DNA of 64,000 nt. Origin: Eledone cirrhosa. Lineage: Eukaryota. A program made the translations under genes and the position numbers. Of the stretch, positions 41,035-53,707 are shown piece after piece. The DNA is taken from positions 24,614,001 through 24,678,000 of the forward strand of contig OZ024758.1 in the NCBI GenBank assembly GCA_964016885.1, in the 5' to 3' direction. The notes below the pieces were generated by a model. It did not search any database. It saw only the letters and a program-made list of their open reading frames with translations, and had not been told where the DNA came from. Numbering within the stretch: the first letter of the stretch is position 1; each line of letters begins with the position of its first letter.

Positions 41035-43594
41035 TGAAAGATCTACTTTGTTTTTTGTTAATAGAATATAGTAGAAACTATTCAGATATTGCGCAGTTCT
41101 GGATTAAAAAGAATCGGTGCATTTTAACATCCAACCTGATGACTCCACTCCCCACCAAAACTGAAATTTTTACAGCTTTTTTTCTCTATATCACATAAGT
41201 CATTGGAGCCAGATCCATATTTTCTTCTGGAATTATGGATACTTCTGTATCCATACAAAAAAAGTAAAAACTGACCAAGTCATGTTGGTTGTCTAAAGCA
41301 ATGCAAATATATTGGAAGCTGTAATACATTATGTAATAAATGAATGGGCTATACATTAAATTATATATGTATATATGTTTGTGGAAATATTCATTAATTT
41401 CTTGTTTTATCAGTATTTCTGAAAAAAGTTGTGTTGTGTTGTATTGCCTGTGGAGGAATGCTGTGCTGAGAAAGACCCATCTAACCTATGCTAATGTGGA
41501 AAAGTGGACATGATGATGATGATTCTGTCATACAGAACATCATCATCATACCATGTTTAATGTCTATTTTCCATGTTTGTATTGGTTAGAGTGTCATGTT
41601 ATGAGGCCAAGCAGGTTAGGTGACCACATCTTGCTCATATGATCTCTTTTGGGCTTGATTTTTCTATGGTTAGACATCCTTCGTAATGCCAAGCATCTTA
41701 CAGGGTACTTTTTGTCATGTCACTTGCATGACCACCACACAGGATAGACTGGCTGCTTTTTGTTGTTCCCTTCTTCCTTCTGTCAACCTTCTGAATAGAC
41801 AAGTCATGGTAATAATATACCAATAGATATAAAATACTTGACGATGATGATATGTTGATTACCAAAATCTTTTAACCTATTTAGGAATTGATTGACAAGA
41901 TCCCAGATCTCATTCAATTACCAAATGGGGTGAGGTTTGTCAAATCAGACCAAGGAAACTATGTTTCCTTTACTGATTTTATCTAACAGTTGCAACTCTT
42001 GGCAGAAGGAGCAACGTGAAATAAAGTGTCTTGCTCAAGGACATAACTCATAAAGAATCCATCATTTCCTGCCAAATGATCTACTGTGTAAAAAAAGTTA
42101 TAATTATTTGTTTAAATGAGGACCTTTTTGTTTGTTTGTTTCTTTTACCAATCTGAAATATCTAGTGTAATGTTATCAAATTACAGTGTTTTAATATACA
42201 CAATTATTCAAAAGGTTGCACAGATTTTAAATACATACAAAAAAAAAGTAGTTATTGAATCATAAAGTATTCAAACTGAATAGATTTTAACATATTAACC
42301 CTTTAGCATTTACATTACTCTATATTTACTATTGTATGTTCATGGTAAAGGCTTTACCTCATGTAATATCAAAGCTATGAGATTTTGATATTATTTTAAG
42401 AACAATACATTAACATCAGTAGGAGTGGCCAGATAGAGGTGAGAGGATACGGCTGGTTTAAATGCTAAAGAGTTAACCCTTTTCATACCAACTCATCCAA
42501 AACTGCCTCTGGTTCTATGGAACATAACCACCAATTTTAAAGGGTTTCTATTTAAATTAAAATCTAACATAATTTGATAAATTATATTTCACAACCCATG
42601 CTAGCATGGAAAATGAACATTAAATGATAATGACATCATTCATAATTTTAATAAATCCCTCCAAATTCTTAATTAATTAATTGAAACAGTGTATTTCATT
42701 AGAAATATGATAACTAAAGGGTTAAACATTCAACTATGGAAGAGCAGTTGTAAAGAAAAAAAATTTGTTGTAGTTATATCTTTTCTATTTAATTACAAAA
42801 TGAAAACATTTGCATATTTCCTGAATTCTTTGGTTTGCAATTTCATTGATCATTGATCATATCCAGTATAAAATTGGTACTGATTAATTCTCTTGGAAGT
42901 TTTAGATTCAGAAGCTCATTGTTAACAGACTATAGATTTAATTCTTTTTCTCCACCCGGTCATAAACTTATTATATATATGTATAGTTGATTTGTGATTT
43001 GTAATGTCTGTCAATATAAAGAAAGGTGGATTAGTAGAATTAGTAAAACATGAGATAGGTGGTGGTTTGGTAGAATTAGTAGAATATGAGATATAATGAC
43101 AAAGAAAGGTGGTTTGGTAGAATTAGTAGAACATGAGATATGTCAAAGAAAGGTGGTTTGGTAGAATTAGTAGAACATCAAATATATTATTCGAAACAAT
43201 TTAGACATATGGCTAGCAAAGTTGATTAAATCAACCCCAGTATTTGACTGATACTTTATTTTGTTGATCCCAGGAGGATGAAAAACCAAGTTGACCTCAG
43301 TGGGATTTAAATTCAGAATGTAAGGAGCTGAACCAGAACAAATACCACAATGGAATTTTACCCCCATGGTCTACCAATTCTACCAACCCACCACCTTTAA
43401 AATTAGAGATTAAAATTGCTACTTAAATATTGATTTCTACTATAGGCACAAGACCAACAATTTTTGAAGAGGGGAAAGTTGATTAAATCGATCCCAGTGC
43501 ATTACAGGGGTCGATAAAATAAAATAACAGTAAGAACGAAAAGCTAACCTTTGCAGGTTTTGAACTGAGATCGTGTAACCCTATGCCATAAAGC

Positions 43595-45159
43595 ATGTTG
43601 TCCGATACTGCCAATTGCAACCTAAATATTGAACATGTTCACCCATATAACCACTGGTACAAACTATGTTGTCTGATACTGCCAATTGCAACCTAAATAT
43701 TGAACATGTTCACCCATATAAGCACTGGTACAAACTATGTTGTCTGATACTGCCAATTGCAACCTAAATATTGAACATGTTCACCCATATAAGCACTGGT
43801 ACAAACTATGTTGTCTGATACTGCCAATTGCAACCTAAATATTGAACATGTTCACCCATATAAGCACTGGTACAAACTATGTTGTCCGATACTGCCAATT
43901 GCAACCTAAATATTGAACATGTTCACCCATATAACCACTGGTACAAACTATGTTGTCCGATACTGCCAATTGCAACCTAAATATTGAACATGTTCACCCA
44001 TATAAGCACTGGTACAAACTATGTTGTCCGATACTGCCAATTGCAACCTAAATATTGAACATGTTCACCCATATAACCACTGGTACAAACTATGTTGTCC
44101 GATACTGCCAATTGCAACCTAAATATTGAACATGTTCACCCATATAAGCACTGGTACAAACTATGTTGTCCGATACTGCCAATTGCAACCTAAATATTGA
44201 ACATGTTCACCCATATAACCACTGGTACAAACTATGTTGTCCGATACTGCCAATTGCAACCTAAATATTGAACATGTTCACCCATATAAGCACTGGTACA
44301 AACTATGTTGTCCGATACTGCCAATTGCAACCTAAATATTGAACATGTTCACCCATATAACCACTGGTACAAACTATGTTGTCTGATACTGCCAATTGCA
44401 ACCTAAATATTGAACATGTTCACCCATATAAGCACTGGTACAAACTATGTTGTCTGATACTGCCAATTGCAACCTAAATATTGAACATGTTCACCCATAT
44501 AAGCACTGGTACAAACTATGTTGTCTGATACTGCCAATTGCAACCTAAATATTGAACATGTTCACCCATATAAGCACTGGTACAAACTATGTTGTCTGAT
44601 ACTGCCAATTGCAACCTAAATATTGAACATGTTCACCCATATAAGCACTGGTACAAACTATGTTGTCTGATACTGCCAATTGCAACCTAAATATTGAACA
44701 TGTTCACCCATATAAGCACTGGTACAAACTATGTTGTCCGATACTGCCAATTGCAACCTAAATATTGAACATGTTCACCCATATAAGCACTGGTACAAAC
44801 TATGTTGTCTGATACTGCCAATTGCAACCTAAATATTGAACATGTTCACCCATATAAGCACTGGTACAAACTATGTTGTCCGATACTGCCAATTGCAACC
44901 TAAATATTGAACATGTTCACCCATATAAGCACTGGTACAAACTATGTTGTCTGATACTGCCAATTGCAACCTAAATATTGAACATGTTCACCCATATAAG
45001 CACTGGTACAAACTATGTTGTCCGATACTGCCAATTGCAACCTAAATATTGAACATGTTCACCCATATAAGCACTGGTACAAACTATGTTGTCCGATACT
45101 GCCAATTGCAACCTAAATATTGAACATGTTCACCCATATAAGCACTGGTACAAACTATG
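43595..45159. repeat. 71-bp minisatellite, 22 near-identical copies between the DLD and ANKRD45 3' ends
   Basis: Unit ATGTTGTCYGATACTGCCAATTGCAACCTAAATATTGAACATGTTCACCCATATAASCACTGGTACAAACT; 45157-43595 = 22 x 71. Confidence 0.97.
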
Positions 45160-45425
45160 CTCAAAGTTATTAAAAAGGAAAACATGAAATTGTAGTCAAA
45201 GTTATCATTACTTACCTTTCATGAATCATCTCCCAGTCTTTTTTTTTTTCTACTTTCAGGAAACATTGATTGATATATTTCCATTAAATAGAAACCCTAT
45301 AACTTGGCTGATGGCATTTATTATCATTGTCTAATCAATAAATCAATATTATTAAGAATAGAGTAAAATGGAATCTGTATGAAGGGATCTCTTTCCTTTG
45401 GTGAAACGATGATATTAACCTCTCT

Positions 45426-45578
45426 TCACTGCTTGACTCGACCGGCACTAATTTTAGATAGTACAACAGACAGTATAGTATCCAAAGCAAGTTGTTGTGA
45501 AATGAATTCTTGGGTTGTTGCTGTAGTAGAACCGTCAATCCATGTCAGTTTTTCTTTGCAAGTATTGACAATGAGATT
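45426..45578 (-). CDS. ANKRD45: ANKRD45-like exon 4 (stop)
   Basis: ccag|AAT CTC...; NLIVNTCKEKLTWIDGSTTATTQEFISQQLALDTILSVVLSKISAGRVKQ*; resembles the ANKRD45 C-terminal C..K..W motif; total 250 aa from ATG 53620. Confidence 0.75.
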   Translation of the reverse strand, partial: NLIVNTCKEKLTWIDGSTTATTQEFISQQLALDTILSVVLSKISAGRVKQ

Positions 45579-45756
45579 CTGGTGATAAAATAGAAAAAAT
45601 GATTTATTTCAAATGACAAACTGGTTAAAAGTTTTCAAAATAATTCCTATAAAATAGATACACACATACATAGACATGTATGTACACATGTCCATTTTCC
45701 ACGCTAGCATGGGATAGATGGGTTGTCCTATGGATGCCTTTCCTAATGGCAATCAC

Positions 45757-46412
45757 ATTTACAGTGAGTACTGGGTGCTTTTTGTTATGACACCTAAAGA
45801 ACCACTTTACAGTGAGCGCTGGGTGCTTTTTGTCTTAACACCTACCCCACCACTTTACCGTATGTGCTGGGTGCTTTTTGTCATGACACCTAAACAACCT
45901 CTTTACAGTGAGGGTTGGGTGCTTTTTGTCTTAACACCTACCCCACCACTTTACAGGGTGGGTTGGGTGCTTTTTGTCATGACACCTAAACAACCACTTT
46001 ACAGTGAGGGCTGGGTGCTTTTTGTCATGACACCTAAACAACCACTTTACAGTGAGGGTTGGGTGCTTTTTGTCTTAACACCTACCCCACCACCACTTTA
46101 CCATGTGTGCTGGGTGCTTTTTGTCATGACACCTAAACAACCACTTTACAGTGAGGGTTGGGTGCTTTTTGTCTTAACACCTACCCCACCACTTTACAGG
46201 GTGGGTTGGGTGCTTTTTGTCATGACACCTAAACAACCACTTTACAGTGAGGGCTGGGTGCTTTTTGTCATGACACCTAAACAACCACTTTACAGTGAGG
46301 GTTGGGTGCTTTTTGTCTTAACACCTACCCCACCACTTTACAGTGTGGGTTGGGTGCTTTTTGTCATGACACCTAAACAACCACTTTACAGTGTGGGCTG
46401 GGTGTTTTTTGT
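45757..46412. repeat. 39-bp minisatellite in ANKRD45 intron 3, derived from the internal repeat of an RTE-tailed SINE-like element
   Basis: TTTACAGTGAGGGYTGGGTGCTTTTTGTCATGACACCTAAACAACCAC-like units, about 17 copies. Confidence 0.9.
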
Positions 46413-46833
46413 CAAAACATTGCTTCATAGGTTAACGTCTATCTTATGTAATTATTGCAACTCATCATAGCTCCAATGTCATATCTAAAATGTTTCTTTC
46501 AGCTAATACATACAAACTTTCTAAAAAAACATCTAATTTAATCTAATCTGGCCGAGTTTGCACTCGCAAATAAGAAGAATCAGGGCCACTCCTAGAAGCA
46601 TTAGATTTGGTGTACTTCATATTAGTTTTGGTTGCTGAATACAATCAGGGGTCACTGCTTCTCCTGAAGGTCAATAGTTCTCTTCTAACTTGAGCGGGAG
46701 CACCTTTCCATTGATCATCTGTAAAGCCACATTGTTCTCAGAACCACTACACCTGTCTTTCGATGCATGCAGCTGGAACTACTGCCACCCAATCTAAGGA
46801 TATTTACATTTATATATTTTATTTCTATCTTAC

Positions 46834-46919
46834 CTTTTCCTCCCTGGAAGGTTTTTTCTCAGGTTCAGCAAGTGATTCTTGTATAGCTTTTATTCTGGCC
46901 AAAAGACTTTCCTTTGCAA
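46834..46919 (-). CDS. ANKRD45: ANKRD45-like exon 3
   Basis: tttag|TT GCA...GAA AAG|gtaaga; FAKESLLARIKAIQESLAEPEKKPSREEK; phases 1/0 fit. Confidence 0.8.
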
Positions 46920-47833
46920 CTAAAAACAAACAAACAAACAAACAAAACCCATAAAATTATGATTATTTGTCTTTAACAGAACAAACCTACTTCAGAAATA
47001 ACTAATAACTCACAGAAAACTAATTCTTTTTATTATTTAGCTATACTAAGGGCAGTGAATTGGCAGTTAACGGTAGAGGGTCGGACGCCATGCTTTGACG
47101 CATAGAGTTACAGCCATTCTGAGTTCAAATCCCGCCGAGGTTAACTTTGCCTTTGATCCTTACGGGGTCGATAAAATAAAGTACCAGTAATGCACTGGGT
47201 AATTACTGGCCTTGTGCCAATAGAAGAAACAATTATTTAGTTATACTGATTCCTTTGTATATATCTATATGCTATCTGCTTATTCAGGTGAATAAGCAGA
47301 TACCATAGAGATATATACAAATATATAATGTGTTTGTGTGTGTGTATATATATATATCATCATCATCATTTTACGTCCGCTTTTCCCTGCTTGCAAGGGT
47401 GGGACGGGAACTGATTCTGGCTTGATTTCTACAGCTCGATGCCCTTCCTAACACCAACCTCATTTACAGTGAGTGCTGGGTGCTTTTTTTTCATGGCACC
47501 TCCACGACCACTTTGCAGTGGAATGATAGGGATCCCAGTCCCTATCATCTCATTTCTACAGCTGAGTAAACTGGAGCAATGTGAAATAAAGTGTCTTGCT
47601 CAAGGAAACAACACATCACCCGGTCTGAGAATTGAACTCACAACCTTTTGATTGCAAGGCCAATGCTCTAACCACTAAGCCATATGCCATATATATATAT
47701 TAATAAAATAGATGTTCTTTTGATCAATTAAATTTTATTATACATATTTCAGAGGTACAACAGTACGTCCTCATCTACTACCTTGATTAAATCTTAACCA
47801 TTTAACATCTCAGGGTATGTCATGTATCATTAT

Positions 47834-47886
47834 ATTTTGTCTGATGAGGACGTACTGTTGTACCTCTGAAATATGTATAATAAAAT
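47834..47886 (+). ncRNA. Minimal type I hammerhead ribozyme motif in the arm of a 79-bp inverted repeat
   Basis: Stem I ATTTTGT/ATAAAAT; CTGATGA; stem II GGACGTAC-TGTT-GTACCTCT; GAAA; near-palindromic stem III ATATGTAT; triplet AUA. Confidence 0.6.
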
Positions 47887-48035
47887 TTAATTGATCAAAA
47901 GAACATCTATTTTATTAATATTTGTATTTTAATATTAATAACTCTGGAAAATTATTTTCTGTAGAGTGCTTCCAATCTACTGTAAAACTCATTCTTTAAT
48001 GTCCTCATTGCATCTTGTTTAACTCTTTAATATAC

Positions 48036-48082
<47 letters not shown>

Positions 48083-48097
48083 CATATATATATATAC

Positions 48098-48128
<31 letters not shown>

Positions 48129-48129
48129 C

Positions 48130-48162
<33 letters not shown>

Positions 48163-48183
48163 TATATCTATCTATATATATAC

Positions 48184-48216
<33 letters not shown>

Positions 48217-48518
48217 CAGTCCACGCTGTAATGTGGCCGTGTAGGCAACACGGTAAAAACCTCCCAGTCCACACTGTAAACGTGGTTGGTGTTAGGAAGG
48301 GCATCCAGCCGTAGAAAACCTGCAAGACAGTCCTATGCGAGCAAGACAACCACTCTTGCCTCAAGTGGGAAAACTCCCGTCCAAACCCATGCAAGCGTGG
48401 AAGATGGACGTTAAACGATGATGATGATGATACATATATATATATATATATATATACACCGTCTAACTCATGCTAGTGTGGAAGATGGACGTTAAACGAT
48501 GATGATGATACATATATA

Positions 48519-48911
48519 CGAGGGTAATCCCAAAAGTAAGGTCTCCAAAGCGATGGGGACGTAGAGAAACTGTTCGTACGGCTGTTGGCAACACTGTTGT
48601 GATTGGTGCTTCCTTCACTCCCAAACAAGCATGCACGCGCTTCGCTGGGATGCTCAATCTTGACTTGGCAGCCGTTGAGAATGGAGCTCCCGTTGAACAC
48701 TACCGCCAAGTGTGAATTTCGCGCAGTTATTATATAGAGGGCAATCCCAAAAGTAAGGTCTCCTTCCGAGGAAAACATGCGTAAAGATCGGCGGATCACT
48801 CTGGATGCTCCCTGCATTTTGGTTCCTGAGGTTTCCCGAAGCCCCATCCACAGGATTTTAATGGAAAAGTTGCAATATCGGAAGGAGACCTTACTTTTGG
48901 GATTGCCCTCG
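48519..48911 (+). mobile_element. Mariner 5' fragment with a nested MITE of the same family
   Basis: TIR CGAGGGYAATCCCAAAAGTAAGGTCTCC at 48519 and 48736, inverted copy ending at 48911; ATG 48681 gives MELPLNTTAKCEFRAVI, like a mariner transposase N-terminus. Confidence 0.8.
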
Positions 48912-49767
48912 CATATATATATATATATGAAGTGAGTGGCAAACGGCAATCTAGGACAGAATCATTTGGCTGGTTCATTAAAATATATATGTGTGAGTGA
49001 GTATTTATCTATGTATGTACACATGCATCTATATATACAAATTCTTTGCTTAAACTTTAATCTGTACTAATAATTGTTTCTACTATTGGCACAAGGCCAG
49101 AAATTACCCAGTACATTACTGGTACTTTATTTTATCGACCCCGTAAGGATGAAAGGCAAAGTTAACCTCGGCGTGATTTGAACTCAGAATGGCAAGGGCC
49201 GTAACTCTATGCGTCAAAGCATGGCGTCCGACCCTCTACCGATACTGCCAATCCACCGCCATAATCTGTACTAATAATAAATGCATATCATCATCATTTT
49301 ACATCCGCTTTTCCCTGCTTACAAGGGTGGGACGGGTCCTATTCAGTACATCATCTCTCCACTTGTCACGGTCCTTTGTCATCTCCTCTGTGAGCTTCAG
49401 CAATATGAGGTCTGCTCTCACCACCTCCGGCCATGTTTTTTGTGGTCTTCCTCTACTGCGTCTTCCTTCTACTAGCATTTCTTGGCACTTCTTTACCCAG
49501 AGGTCATCCTCCATGCCCATCACATATATATATATAAATATATATACAAATTCTTTGCTTAAACTTTAATCTGTACTAAGGACAACCCGTCTAACCCATG
49601 TTAGCGTGGAAGAACGGACGTAAAACGATGATGATGATATATATATACAAATACATGTACAAATGTAAAAGATACAAACCTAACTGCTAAGAATCTAACT
49701 TTAAAAATATTAAAGATAGTCCCTTATACTTCCTAACACCTAAGGAAATTATATGAAAAATGCTTAC

Positions 49768-49935
49768 AAGCCCAATCGATGTAGTCAATACATTCTACTT
49801 TTCCATAACGTTGAGCTATTTCCTTTGGAGTTTCCTCACGAGAATTAGTTAATGTAAGATCAGCACCAGCCTCAGTCAGCATTTTGAGAATTCCAACCTG
49901 ACCCCAGGCTGATGCATAATGAGCAGGAGTATATC
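49768..49935 (-). CDS. ANKRD45: ANKRD45-like exon 2
   Basis: ttcag|GA TAT...GCT T|gtaag; GYTPAHYASAWGQVGILKMLTEAGAD...ETPKEIAQRYGKVECIDYIDWA is typical of ANKRD45. Confidence 0.88.
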
Positions 49936-50189
49936 CTGAAAATAGAAAGAAAAGATCAAATATGAGCATTTATTTACCCTTTAGCATTAACTCTATATAT
50001 ACTAGTGTATTTTTGTGGTAAATAAAGGCTTTATTTTACATAATAGCGAATCTACGAGATTTTGATATTATTTATTTTGAGAACAATACCTTCACATCAG
50101 TATGAGTGGCCAGTTACGGCTGGTTTGAACAGAAAGAGGTGAGACAATTCAGTTTAAATGCTAAAGGGTTAAACAGGAAGCAAGGAAAA

Positions 50190-50532
50190 AAAATGGTATT
50201 TCCCATCACCGAAGATACTTCACCCTTGAGAATACACCCCAATTTTGACAAACAATAATAAATAAACATAAAAATAAGGTCCTGGAATTTCGGGTCTTGT
50301 TACCTAATTTTTTATGATATTTTGTTTATTTACTACTTTAACTAAGTATAAATTATACACTTCATTGAGAGATCATATACAGGAGTTCAGATTACTGTCT
50401 AGCAGAGATAATTTTCCTCTGGGGTTAGGATATGCCTATGAGAAATGCAACCTTTGGCCTCCAGGACGCATAGTAGATTTTTGAGACTTATTTTAGGAAA
50501 AAAATAGCGTCTTTGACGCCAGGAAATACAGT
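50190..50532. mobile_element. Tc1/mariner (Tigger-like) MITE
   Basis: GGTATTTCCCATCACCGAAGA...TCTTTGACGCCAGGAAATACAGTA imperfect TIRs; partial copy near 51530-51622; a related element near 36540-36745. Confidence 0.5.
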
Positions 50533-50959
50533 ACATAATTAAAGATTAAAATAGTGAAAAAGATGAGAGGAGCAGATTATCCACCAATGTCTAGGTGATG
50601 TATTTCACTTGTATCCTATGGACAAGATGGCAAAATCATTGCCACAGAGAACAGCCAGTGACACTCACTGCATTAGCTATTCTTCCTCATGGTTTCATTG
50701 CCAGACAAGCTGTTGAAGTATCAGCTACTTTCCAATAGGCTTGTCATTGAACCTGTAGTGGTGGAGATGTCTGGTGTTCTTGCCCCACCCCCACTGCTAT
50801 CGGAGTGGTGTTGGAGACCCACAGGAGTGAGCTCTGCCAGTTGGAATGGTTATTTCAATGTACCTCCTTTGCTATCCAAGCTACCTTGTGCCTAGAGTTC
50901 TGCATACCAGCTAACACACTCCAACACTTACCAGGCTCATATCATTATGGTAGTGATGA

Positions 50960-51352
50960 TATCATCATCCATCTGGTGGCCTCAGCCGAAATCGGCTCAA
51001 CAATTGATCTCCACGTGGGTTTGTTGTTCATTGCCGTTGCCAAATCCTGGATTTCAATACCAGAATCTCTGGAGATGACATCAGGATAGTTCCCCCTGCT
51101 ATTAGTGACTGCTTGTGATTTCCAAAGCACTAGTGGGGACACAGCCTCATAGGTGGCACGATGGCAATGGCCAGAAAATCTTACTCTCCTTTTACGTACG
51201 ACAGATATGCATGGGAGGCCGGCATATATTTTTTTCAAAGTCAGATATGGCCAGCTTATGTTCTGAGTGTGTCGAAGTAGGCAAGTGTAGGTGCCATCAA
51301 GGCACTTTTGTTGTTTGGATGAAAGCGTCCATGTTTCACTTCCATATAGCAA
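50960..51352 (-). mobile_element. RTE/RTEX LINE 3' fragment (second family)
   Basis: LYGSETWTLS...LDGTYT.LLR...RR.RFSGHC.R...YPDVISRDSG; same family at 55160-55360(+). Confidence 0.8.
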
Positions 51353-53274
51353 GATTGGTTGAATTGTTACTTGGAAGGGTCTGGAAGTGATGATATAAGT
51401 TGCTGACCTCTACGTTTTTATTAACAATAAATAAAAATATATTTGACAATCCCACAATACACAAGATAAGAAGATTTGAGAAGAGAGAAGTGTAAGATCA
51501 ATATAGAAACTGAAATTACATCAATATGCCAATCAGAGACACAACATTTAGCCTCCAGGATGCATGGTAAATTTTCAAGACTTATTCTTGGAAAAAAAAT
51601 AGTGTCTTTGAAGCCGGGAAATCATCATCATCATCACCGTTTTACATCCGTTCTTCCACGCTAGCATGAGTTAGACGGGTTGTCCTGTCGTGGGCAGTGT
51701 CCGGTCGGCTGACCTTGTCTTGCTCATATGGGAACTGATTTTGGCTTGATTTCTACAGCTGGATGCCCTTCCTAACACCAGCCACCTCATTTACAGTGAG
51801 TACTTTTTACTGTGACACCTACACATCCACTTTACAGTGTGGGCTGGGTGCTTTTTTGCTGTGGCACCTCCACGACCACTTTACAGTGGGAGGGGTGGGG
51901 GCATATTGTCTATATGCTTCAGCTTCGGCTTGTACCCGTGGGAAGTCGGGTCTTCTGTATTACTGCACGACGCCAGAGGTCTTGGTCCTGTGTCATAGCC
52001 TTTGAGAGGTGCAATTGGGCAAGGTCAGCTTTTATCACGTCATCCCAAGTCTTCTTGGGTCTCCCCACTCTGCGGCTTCCATCGACTTCTACTTTTAGTG
52101 ATCTGCATACGATACATAATTAAAAATGGTGAAAAAGATGAGAGGGGCAGGCTGAACACCGATGCCTAGGTGATGTATTTCAGCTGAATCCTATGGACAA
52201 GATGGCAAAAGTATTGCCACAGAGTGTTGAGAGCTGAACTCAGATCGCTGAAGTTCACAGAAGAGATGACGAAGGGAGAGATGCAGTGCTTAAGAGGACC
52301 TGTCCCACCCTTGCAAGCAGGGAAAAGTGGATGTATGATGATGATGATGCAACAATAAGTTTGAATTCACGACTCATAAACTAACATTCCAACAATTTGT
52401 CTTCTTGACTATATAGCTTTTAGGAAATTAGTTTAGTTTATCATTTAGAAAAAAAAAAAAAATTCTTTTAAATATATAAAATAAAGTAATGTAGGGTTAA
52501 ATTAGGTAAGGTACACCTGTATTGCTTTTACAAAATAACATTTTTTGGCAGGTATGTATTTGTTTTGCAAGGTTTTTTATATGAAATTGCGCGTTGAAAC
52601 AGATATTTTCTGGCAGATGACTTAACCTCCCACCACATATAACAATAACAGACCTGCCAACCTCTAAAAACCCAAACGGGGAGTACCATGCAAAAAAAGG
52701 TGACCCCCAAACGGTGAGAAATGAGGGAAAATGGGGGAGATTTTACATAATTGTTTTTACTTTTGGCACAAGGCCAGCAATTATCCCAGTGTATTACTGG
52801 TACTTTATTTTATCGACCCCGTAAGGATGAAAGGCAAAGTTAACCTCGGTGGGATTTGAACTCAGACCATAAAGGGACGTAACTCTTTGCTGCAAAGAAT
52901 GGCGTCCGACTCTCTACCGATACTGCCAATCCACCACCCCTAGGGAGAGATTTTACATAATGAAAGCTATACCTATTTTCATAATTGGGTAGATCTCCCT
53001 GCCTGACAGGTTTGGTATAACTTTTAGAAAATATATAAAATAAACATTTTTTGGCGGCGACGTATTTGTTTTGCAAGGGTTTTGATATGAAATCATGTGT
53101 TGAAACATTTTTTTTTTTTGCAATATTAGGACAACATGACCCTCCCCAAATATAACAATAAACATTTTAAAATTATATAAATGAAAATAGTATAGAGTTA
53201 AATTAGGTGAGGTACGTGTGTGTGATGTTTGGGGAGTAGAAACGTAAGTGGGGTGATGGTAGGAATTACGATAC

Positions 53275-53620
53275 CTTCACAATTAGCCATGTTAACTTCT
53301 GCTCCTTTCGCTAGCAACTCCTTCAGGATCTCAGTCCGGCCCAGAATAGAGCACATTTCCAGTGGTGATTTACCTTTACCATTACGTTCGTTCAATAGAG
53401 GCGCCAGTTGCGGTTGGTTTTCCTCGTAATTTAACGTGTCGATCAAAACTTTGAGAGAGTTGTTCAGAACACAATATGTGATTGCAGTTTCGCTCGGATG
53501 AATGTCTATATCTAATGTACTTGGATCTTCTAAATCTTCTGGATATTCTAGATCTTCGGATATTTTCCTCATAATTTTTTCGAGTATTTTACTCGTTTTT
53601 AATACTTGAGATACAGGCAT
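53275..53620 (-). CDS. ANKRD45: ANKRD45-like ankyrin repeat protein, first coding exon (start at ATG 53620 or ATG 53572)
   Basis: ...LLNERNGKGKSPLEMCSILGRTEILKELLAKGAEVNMANCE G|gtat; ankyrin repeat; phase 1. Confidence 0.8.
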
Positions 53621-53677
53621 GAACAAGAAAATAATTCATAAAAGCAACTCACCGGGCTAACATCAAGGCTGTTGTGA

Positions 53678-53707
53678 CGCCATCTTGTTTATTGTTGCTA
53701 TAGTTAC
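53678..53707 (-). promoter_or_regulatory. Putative ANKRD45 promoter motif cluster: YY1 (CGCCATCTT), forkhead (TGTTTA) and RFX X-box (GTTGCTATAGTTAC)
   Basis: Three motifs within 30 bp, about 60-90 bp upstream of the first ATG; motif match only. Confidence 0.5.

Noticed and set aside
41130-41175. CTGATGA...GAAA in the DLD 3' UTR
   Set aside because: No stem II, stem III or stem I pairing; chance match
43595-45159. CRISPR-like regular array
   Set aside because: Units are contiguous and near-identical with no unique spacers; no cas genes; eukaryotic context. The same applies to the 57-bp array
45718-46470. 250 aa repetitive ORF
   Set aside because: 39-bp minisatellite within an ANKRD45 intron, opposite strand
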